From Antedon mediterranea (Eukaryota; Animalia; Echinodermata): a DNA stretch of 64,000 nt. The notes under the pieces are model-generated. The model searched no databases. It was not told the DNA's origin and saw nothing but the letters and a program-made list of their open reading frames with translations. The stretch lies in contig NC_092676.1 in the NCBI RefSeq assembly GCF_964355755.1, positions 29,875,499 to 29,939,498 of the forward strand, given 5' to 3'. The position numbers and the translations under genes are program-made. Numbering within the stretch: position 1 is the first letter of the stretch; each line of letters starts with the position of its first letter. Below, one piece after another: positions 52,301 through 62,000 of this stretch.

Positions 52301-52870
52301 TTTCTTGTTGTAAGGCTTAGCATTCGGGTACGACTGCACGTTTGTACCTAAAGCTGGTTGTGTTAGCCAGAATGGATCGTGAGGTGAGGTGAATTTGTAA
52401 GAATTGGTATACCATTCATCCATTCCACTTTCTTCTGGTCCTCGTTCAAAGACGCATATCTTCCAGTGAGGTATTTCTGCCAACCGACCAGCTACAGCTA
52501 GACCTGCTGTGCCAGCACCGACAATTATAAAATCACACGAATCGTTGTCACTGAGATGCTCATCACCATAACTATGGGTAGAAAACAACAAAATAATTGT
52601 AATTTGAATGTAATGCAATCAAGCTTTAATTCCAAGGAATGTTCATAAGCGCATTCAAATAAGTGTTTGAATTAATCGAAAGTGGTGAGTGAATGTTCGA
52701 CAAAGAGAAACTTTAAAAAGCGGATAGCAATGATTTGTTGAACATGTCGAGAAACAATTCAGGGGTTATATGGACATGGAAAATAATAAAGTACATTAAT
52801 TACTGCATTCAACTTACGTAATTGCTATAAACACCAAGCCGATGAGGATGGGATGATACTTCCACATCAT
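49397..52870 (-). CDS. Two-exon gene encoding a secreted fusion protein of about 1075 aa. The order is signal peptide, GMC (glucose-methanol-choline) FAD oxidoreductase, an unknown segment of about 240 aa, then a PNKP-type HAD-superfamily DNA 3'-phosphatase domain.
   Basis: Exon 1 is 52818..52870 (ATGATGTGG.., MMWKYHPILIGLVFIAIT, donor ATTAC|gtaagt). Exon 2 is 49397..52571 (acceptor ttttctacccatag|T, 3175 nt, no stop until 49397). The first 17 codons of the raw 1073-aa ORF (MHYIQITIILLFSTHS) are intron read-through. GMC evidence: GxGxxG FAD fold DFIIVGAGTAGLAVAGRLAE..ERG immediately after the signal peptide, and the C-terminal active-site region LHPVGTCKMP...NLRVCDASAF..DGNPAAT. Phosphatase evidence: HAD motif I FDLDGTII, the PNKP-like motif II region VIMSNQNGI, motif III RKPDTGMW and motif IV VYVGDAAGR, colinear with the human PNKP phosphatase domain as recalled from memory (FDLDGTLI / VIFTNQMGI / RKPVSGMW / VFVGDAAGR). 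No kinase P-loop follows. Confidence 0.8.
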
Positions 52871-53639
52871 TGTTGGCACTACCCTATAAGGTAAATGAAA
52901 CCATTAAATATGTATTGTCCCCAAAAAAACATAAAAAATGAAGATTATTGAAATAGACTTTGAATACATGAGTAGGCCATTTCGCAGTTTTTATAAAGTT
53001 ATTCACTTCTGTAGACATTTAAAAAATAATGTTTTCATTTATAAAAAAAACATTGGACTATTTTTTACTTTAATTTACAGTTATTTAAGGTAAACATGTT
53101 TTTTCGATCCATTTTTTGGTCAATGTGAATAACTATATTATAATGGTATATTCAACAAAAACATTCTGAGGGTTAGGCCTCAATCAAACGTTCGGAGATG
53201 TTGGAGATGACAAAATAAATGTCTTTTAGATCACCTACTAAACTGCAGTTTTGTTTCAACAGTTGAGGCCCTAATTCCAACTAAGTAGACGAAGTAAGAC
53301 ACTTTTTGTGTTGTTGTTGCGGTGGATAATTAAGGTTGTAACAAAGAGTAGGCCTACAATTTATATCAGGAAGAGTTTTTCAGAATTCCCGGATTAATAA
53401 TAATAATAACCAGACAATTTGATACGGCTCGGCCGAATAAGCGTCTATTGAGATCGTATCATTCATGCAAACCATAAAGGAAACAAGGTAGATTTTAAGA
53501 TAATTAAACACGCCTGCTGAGATCATTTAGGCATCCGGTTTGTATGTTTAATCATGAAGAAATATTATTTCTCCATGGTTTAATAAAGAATTTAAATCAT
53601 CAACAACTTATGTATGTACGGATAGAAATCCGGTATTCG

Positions 53640-54400
53640 TTAAAATAATAAGCAATTTTCTATAGTTCGCGTCAGTGACCGCTTTTATGTTTTTCTTGTA
53701 ACAGGCACCATTTACTTATTTTGTTTTGTGCTATTCTTAGTAAAATATATAAAAATACTGAATTTCGTACTTGTACCTTTTATGGTAAATTTCTTCCATC
53801 GATTCCATGTACTCAAATGTAAAAAGCAATTTTCTATAGTCATTATTCGCGTCAGTGACTGTTTTTATGTTTTCCTGGTAACAGGCGTCGTTTATTTTGT
53901 TTTTATTATTATTTTATTACTCTACTATGAATTTCATACTTATATACCTAAAATGGTAAATTACCTCACGACATCCATGTACTCAAATGCACACAAATTA
54001 ACGTAGGGCTGCTGTATATTTCTATCATGTTTATCTTTACGTTAAACCATCAATACGTACGTATAGCAACCACTAAAATCTAGTCATTGTCAGATGAAGT
54101 CGAAACGTCGCACACGTACGTATTCATGAATGGTTTATACACCGAGATTAAAACATTTTTCGAAAACCTTTATTTCGTTGGGTGGTTTGGAGAACAGCCA
54201 TATGGTCTACCGAGCCGCACTAAAACCTAGCTAAATTTCGTATACCTCACGAAATTCCTTCCATTCATGTACTCAAATGTTTAAAAATACCGTACGAAAG
54301 ACTGCTGGACGGAAAAAGTAAAAAACTAACTATATTTCGTTCGACGGGTTCTGGAGAACAGTCGTGGTCTACTGAGCCGCACTAAATCTTAAGCCATTTA
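53640..54400. repeat. Two pairs of about 130-bp and about 60-bp direct repeats (53650..53900; 54170..54240 vs 54340..54400) in the MSH2 / GMC-fusion intergenic region.
   Basis: aagcaattttctatagt..cgcgtcagtgac(c/t)g(c/t)ttttatgttttc(t/c)tgtaacaggc.. occurs twice. gggt(g/t)(g/c)t(t/c)tggagaacag(c/t)c(a/g)t(a/g)(g/t)gtctac(c/t)gagccgcactaaa occurs twice. Confidence 0.7.
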
Positions 54401-55789
54401 ATTATAATTATATAATTGCTACATAAAATATGACTTAATAACATAACACCTACTTTAACAGCAAATCGAAGATTCTGTTATATTTACTTGGTTGACACTT
54501 TGCGCTAAACTAACTTTGTACCAATGTATAATTTTAATAAACACGGATTTTAGTCGCTTTGTCGACTCCGGTAGAGTTGTCAGGGAAAGTCGGCAGCAAC
54601 ACCCGAGTTGTCTCAACACTTCCACTGATCACATTCAACTGCGAGTTCTCGTTGCTTTGGAAATAATAACATGGTGGGCGTGTCTAAGTGTTAACTTACG
54701 TGGAAGGCATACAGCCTATAGGCCCTAGTGTGTTAATATATTTTTCTTTATTATTAAGTATTTGACCCGTATTTGACCCCGTCCTATTTCCAATTGATAG
54801 GCCTACACAGAAAAACGGTCGCTTAACTCAACACCATGATGTCCGTGCACAATACACGATAGACTAGTTGATTAATTTACTTAGTTAATTGTTACTACTA
54901 CAATCCCTACATCTCCCTACATAAAATCGTTTATTATTCTTTGATAAAATAATTAACCATATCAGCTTTACTACATACCTAAAGAATACGGTTCCGTGAG
55001 TAAATTGCAGTAAACGCCCGGCTCATACCAGCCCGTTGCAATAAGACAAACAAACTAAACGGTAAGAATAATTGTTCAACAAGTTATATGCGATCGCAGC
55101 CGTCACACTGGAATGATATGCAAATTTGACAAAAATGCTGATTTTAATTTGTGATTTCAACACACGTGGCAGACGTACCTGACTCCTAACAATATCGATA
55201 CCGTGTAAAATATTAATTTTAAATTTTAACAATTAACTCACCAAGTTAATGGACTTTGTATAGTCATTATCGATGAAATCTATAAAATTGTAGGTTATTT
55301 TTTGACTTTTTGCCCTTTAGAATCGAATAAGCCTACTTGAAAGTTTATCAGAATCTTTTAGGATGATTCAGTTCAGACGGGATAGAATAGGAATATTCTT
55401 TTAGTTAGTTCAAGTTAAAATTAAAATACACAGTAAATGAAATTTGCCTTCCAAGGTTCAAATTACAATAAAAATAACAACAGTTCAAAACATACAATAC
55501 TATACAATGGATAAGATAATATATAAGAAAATATGCTATGTATAAAACATTATGAACAGTATAAATATTAAAATACTATTATAAAGAATAAAATTTATTT
55601 ATTGAGTTAATAGACCATAATTGGAATTTTTAGCTTTTATAAATATAATATTACAAAATATATAGGCCTATACAAAATATCTATCTTTTTACTAATATTA
55701 AGTCAAATCTCCGTCTCGAACCCAGACTAATTTCTTCCATGTAAAAACCAACCATATATGATGATTTACTACTACAGTCTCAAGGGGGT

Positions 55790-56014
55790 AATTTGTAAAC
55801 AAACACCATGTGCGATTTTCGCGCAATTTTTCAGACAACCCGGCTAGATCGCGAGTTATGATTGGACAATGTTTTCATTTGTCAATTCAACAGCCAATCA
55901 TATGTGTCGTTGTCTACACTATCGGATGCCAGTAGAGGAGTTTAGTAACAAGGTCCTGCTGCTGAAAAGTCGTTTTGTATAAATTTGTAAATAAAGTTTA
56001 TTTTAAAGCTGAAA
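55790..56014 (+). promoter_or_regulatory. MSH2 proximal promoter with an E2F-type site TTTTCGCGC (about 55815..55823) and two CCAAT boxes (inverted at about 55860..55864, direct at about 55893..55897).
   Basis: The sequence gattttcgcgcaatttt..gattggacaatg..cagccaatcat sits 120-200 bp upstream of the MSH2 ATG. Confidence 0.4.
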
Positions 56015-59000
56015 ATGGCGGTTCAACCAAATCAACAGTTAACGTTGGGTTCGTTCAATTCGCTATTAACATTATAAAACTAGTCGTTAGTTATTTTTGC
56101 ACCCAAAAGCTAGAGTAGGACTAGGCCTAGCCTACTAGTTAGGCCCTAGAGCCTAGCCTAGCTAGGCCACTAGACTACGTAGGTTGTTAGTGTTATGATG
56201 AGGTTGCTTCAGAGGAGCACACAGTGACAGGTAGCTGTCACTGTGTGCTGTGTGCTTGGTAATTTCGAGATATTTTAGGATTGTGAGGCCTTTGCTTTGG
56301 TAATGTTATTTTGTTCAGTATTCATTACTGAATAAGGCCGCCTAGGCCTATATAGTATATAATATTCACTGATATTTTATTAAAAATAAATTTATTCATT
56401 CATTCATGATGTTATTTTATTTTGACATTTTTAGATGGAGTTCAGGAAAGTGGCTTGTTGTCCTTTCTTCATTCAATGCCGGAGGTGGGAAATTTTAATT
56501 TTTTTATTAACGTCTATCCAAATTACAATTTTTACAACTAGGCTACTAAGCTACTAATACTAACTATAACACATATTCTGAGATATGATTATAAAGTAAA
56601 ATATTTTTTTTATACATTTCAGAAACCAGATACAACTTTTAGATTCTTTGACCGCACAGTAAGTACATTTATTTCGTCAATTTGGTAATTAGTCTTCTTC
56701 ATGTTGTCCATAATATTTATAAACAGAATGTCCTTTATTGTTGTGAACCGCATCAAATTATTAGTAACTATTCTATTCTTCATCATCCTGCCGTTTCTGT
56801 CATTTACGTTTGAAATCTTTTCATGTTCTCATGTTTTCATCCATAGGAATACTACACTGTTCATGGGAATGATGCGGTATTTGCAGCGAAAGAAGTCTTC
56901 AAGACGTCAGGAGTTATTAAATATCTAGGATCTGGTATGGAGCATCTCCCTATGTTTACATTTTGATTAATGTCAAATATTTTATAAAATCTGTAATAGA
57001 AAATTGCTAAACAATGTGTAGAGTTATGCACTTGTCAATTGTATGACCTGCTATCCAACCCATGGGAGAGGTGCGTCATTTGTCTGTCATACCTTATCAA
57101 TATGACGCACCCATGCGTAAAAAAAAAGTTACTTACCTTTAGGTGAGCATGACGCACCAATTTTGACATACTGTGACCATGTTATGGTGGGTGGTAAAGT
57201 GATGGACATTGTTTTTTGATTTGACATACCAAGTACAATACCATCAAGTTTTTTGACACACCCCTGAGTCAATTATTATTTGAAAATGTCGCATCCATGA
57301 CGCACATCTCCTGGGGGTCGTATGCATTATTTGTAACAAGTATTTCAGTACTCCTCACACTTATAAATAGAACATTTATTGTAAATGAAAATCAAAATTT
57401 ATAAGAAGAAAAAAACTTTTTTAAACAGGAGAAAGAAAGTTGGCATATGTGGTGTTAAGCAAAATGAACTTTGAATCCTTTGTGAAACATCTTCTACTGG
57501 TTCGGCAATATCGAGTTGAAGTTTATCAAAACAAGGCGACTGGAAAAGGCAATGACTGGGTGTTGGAATTTAAGGTATTGTCATGTCATGTAACCTATAA
57601 TGGATCATCCATACAGTTCAAATGTAGCTTATAAACTGTAATTTTATATACATAATTTATTGACATTTTATTTATTGAATGTAACTGTTTTGTAACAACT
57701 TGCAGGGGTCGCCTGGCAACCTGACTCAATTTGAAGAGCTGCTATTTGGCAACAGTGATATGTCGACATCACCAGGTGTAGTAGCAATTAAAATCGGAGG
57801 TCAAAGGGTACTGGGCGTTGGTTATGCAGATGCAACACTGCGAGAGATTGGCATCTGCGAGTTCCCAGATAATGACCAGTTTTCTAACCTTGAGGTATGG
57901 TGTCCTGAAAAACAAGAAATATGTAAAAATATTCTGATGTTCAAATCAAGGTCTGTTATGTTACATAACTCAATAGTCTATGGTATTGTACAACAAGATC
58001 ATTTATTCCAATTTGTTTTCTTAATTTAGGCACTTTTGGTACAATTAAGCCCAAAAGAATGTTTATTAGAAAGTGTAAGCGGAGAAACTAACCCTGAAGC
58101 AGCTAAACTAAAACAGGTTATTATGAGAAGTAATATACTAGTTACCGAGCGGAAACGAACTGAGTTCAGTACCAAAGATATTGTACAGGACTTAAACAGA
58201 CTGCTTAAAAGTAAAGGTGATGAACAGATCAACAGTGCTGCCATGGGTAATTGTTATTACTTATTATGTACAGATCTTAATAGGCGTGTTCAAAATGTCA
58301 TGATGACGTTTTGAACACGCCTGTTAAGGGAACACTTTCCCATAAAACTAACAAGTACCAATATATATTTTAACACTAAAGCCCTGTCTACACTATCAAA
58401 CTTTATGTGACCAAAAAAAATAGTTTGATAGTGTAGACAGAGCTTAAATCAGCCCACTTTCAGGGACACCCCTAATAAGGGGAAACTTTGTCGATTCCTC
58501 AAAGTGACACATCGCCTCTCATTCCATAATTATCAAATTCAAGAAAAAAAATTTTTTTTTTCAGTTGAAATGGAGCACAAACATGCAATGTCATCATTAG
58601 CAGCCTTAATTAAATACCTAGAGGTAAGTCTGTCCACACATGCACACATTTTCAAACCGAAACAAAGCAAGCTATTACCACCAATAGCCTCATACTGGAA
58701 TGTTGCACTTGCAATTCCCAAATTCAAGAAATTTTAAAACATTCGTATGACAATAATTGTTATTATTTTTCTTTGCCAATGTAGTTTCTTGGTGATGAAA
58801 CAAACTTTGGACAATTTAAGCTTCAGACATTTGACCTGAGTCAGTACTTAAAGCTTGATGCTGCTGCAGTACGAGCACTTAACCTGTTTCCATCTCCAAC
58901 TGATGGTTTGTACAACTGTTATTTATTTTTTGACTAGACTGTTTTGAGATGATCTACAGTAGCTCCCCTGACTCCTTACTGTTTCTGTATCTGAGCAGTG

Positions 59001-62000
59001 CCGGTAGATCTTGTGAGCAGTTGGAGTAGCCCCTATGATAAACCAGTCAAATTATTTATACTCTAATTATGTTAAAAAATCTATTGTTCTACCGATTTAC
59101 ACATATTACTTTTTTGTTTCTTTTCTTAATCTCTTTTTTTTTATGTTTAAGGTAATCGAACAACAAGCTTATTGGGCTTGTTAAATGAATGCAAAACAGC
59201 GCAAGGTCAAAGGTTACTGTGTCAATGGGTCAAACAGCCTTTATTGGACAAGGCTAAAATTGGTGAGAACAACGTTTCTTTAATTTTATAATCAATAAAT
59301 ACATTTGACTAAGCATTTATGAAGCCGTCTACATAAATCTCAATTTGGATGGCTATAAGTATTGCTTAGTGTCGTATCCATCCTCACTTCTTTTTTTTTT
59401 TATCTCTACAATGATTTCTTAGATTAAGCATTTTGCTATGGATATATTATTATTATATCTTGATATATGAAATAAAAAGATGAATGAATGTTGGATATGT
59501 ATGAAATAAAATAAAAATAACTCTATTTTAATAATAATTCTGTTATTTAATTTACTTCATTATTTTATATTTAGAAGAGAGACTAGACATCGTTGAAATG
59601 TTCTTTGACGATTCAGAACTGCGACAAACAATTCAAGAACAACTCAAAAGAATTCCAGATTTTCAACGTCTTGCAAAAAAATTTCAACGAAAGAAAGCCA
59701 CACTGCAAGATTGTTACCAAGTGTACCAGGGTGTGGAGTATATGCCTATTGTGATGGAAAGTCTAGAGACATCAGAGGTCAAATGTAAACCATTGCTGCT
59801 GGACCTGTTTTGTAATCCATTGAAGGTAAGAACGCCATGCCAGCCTTATTGTAGAGAGGTTTAAATTTGCAACGACCAAACTATGTCATGATTAAAAATG
59901 TTTATCTGGTTTTAAATATCCATAAGTTAGTAGTTCTTTTTGAAAAAAACACAAATTAGCGAAACTAGACTTAAACTATGTCACGTTAATTCATTGTCCA
60001 TTTGCGGGGATATTGAGATGTGTGTCCTCACTCCTCACCAAGGTTCAGACGCCCACCAACAACACATCGATTGACCTGACTTTGAAAGCTCCATATTCTC
60101 ATAGCCCTTGGTTCAATTTAAACTATGTACAGATGTTTTGTATACAATACAGTCATTTAATATAAACACATTTAATACTTTATTTCTAGGAAATTTTAAT
60201 GGATTTTGATAAATATCAACAAATGATTGAATCGACCCTTGACCTTGATCAAGTACAGAACCACGAGTTTATGATAAAGCCAGGATTTGATGAGAATTTA
60301 CAAAGTAAGTACAGTAGATTGGATTCCTCTCTGCATATATCTTCTTTTGTTTCTAAACTATTAAATAACTGGTATGGTTTCTTTTATCAGGTCTCAGAGA
60401 AAATATGGATAAATTGGAGGACAAAATGAAAGTTGTTTTGAACAAGGCAGCAAGGGACCTCGGCCTAGAACCCAGTAAAACAATAAAGTTGGAAAGTAAC
60501 TCACAGTTGGGGTATTATTTCAGAGTAACTAGAAAGGTGATCTATATATAAGTATATATCTCATTACTGTATCTATAATTTGTCCAGTTTCAGAGGCAAA
60601 TTCTATAATACAATGTCACATATCTATCACATGTGATGCCCGTATCATTGCCATAAGCCTTACCTTAACCACTATGACACAAATGTTACCACTGCCAAGA
60701 TACAGTTAGGCTAACAGAGAATCAAGTGATAAATATACATATGACTTTTTTTTTGTGTGTCCAAAATTAAAATTAACATATTTATTGCAAAAAAAATATA
60801 AGACTGCAAGATATTTATAATCCACAGGATGAAAAATGTTTGAGGAACAATAAGAATTTCTCAACGATTGACACAAACAAAAATGGCGTACGATTTACAA
60901 ATAGTAAGCTGAGAGAGTACAATGATGAGTACATGACAGCGAAAGATGACTACAACGAAACACAGAGGGCGGTAGTAGCTGAAGTGATTGATATTGCAAG
61001 TAAGAATAGTCTGTTTTAATTAAGTTTGTACATTTGGTATTTTTAATACTCTACCTCATTCTCAATAATTTGTTCATTAAAATTTTTAAAAATTGTTTCT
61101 TTTTTAGGCGGTTATGTTGAACCATTTTTGCAGTTAAACTCAATTGCAGCCCAGGTCGATGCTCTTGTGAGGTACAGTAACCATTCTCATATATACATAA
61201 GAAATACAGTGAAACTAAAAAAGGAAATTCTGATTGGAATGATAATTTATGGCACATGTGGCAAAGGAATACCAATAGTAAATGAATCACTGTCCTCTTA
61301 GATAAATGAAAACTTTGTTTATTATATAGTATTGCACAGGTTTCAGCAAACGCACCAATTCCGTACATTCGACCAAAGATTAATTCGGTCGGTGAAGGCG
61401 GCATCAGATTGGTTCAAGCTCGTCATCCTTGCATGGAGGTTCAAGACGATATTGCCTTCATTCCCAATGACATCACTTTTGAAAGAAGGGATAAAATGTT
61501 TCATATCATTACCGGTCCAAATATGGGTGGTAAATCAACATTTATTAGACAGGTAAGATTTTGATTTTCTTTACACAGAACATGATCAATACATATGCAG
61601 CAGCATTATTAGGAGTTGACACCTTAGTGGTTACATCACAGGTCTATTTATTAGTCAAAGAGCATTCGTTTATAAGTATAGGCAGACCTGGAAAATTCTC
61701 GCAACAAGCTGATTTTTTAAGGAAAGGTTCAGAACTATGGTTGCAATATCATACTAAAAGTCCTGAAAAATTATCCTTGGCTCTCCAAGAAATATATTTA
61801 TATATATTATACATTACATTAGTTAAGTGAATGAACGCGAGTCCAGGAAAGTGAGTGACCTGCTACACATACAAAATGATAAATAAATATATAAAAAAAA
61901 GAAGATTTTTTTTAATGTTTGCTAGCCTATAAAATAATTGAAGATTGACAAAATACATCAAAGACAAAATCAATTTTTCAAATCAAAGATCTTAAATCTT

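Noticed and set aside
52572-52618. The first 16 residues of the raw 1073-aa ORF (MHYIQITIILLFSTHS) as the N-terminus of the GMC-fusion protein.
   Set aside because: This stretch is the 3' end of the intron (polypyrimidine tract ttttgttgttttctacccatag) read through in frame. A proper acceptor at 52572/52571 joins an upstream 53-nt exon with ATG and a better signal peptide (MMWKYHPILIGLVFIAIT) via donor ATTAC|gtaagt. I kept the spliced model.
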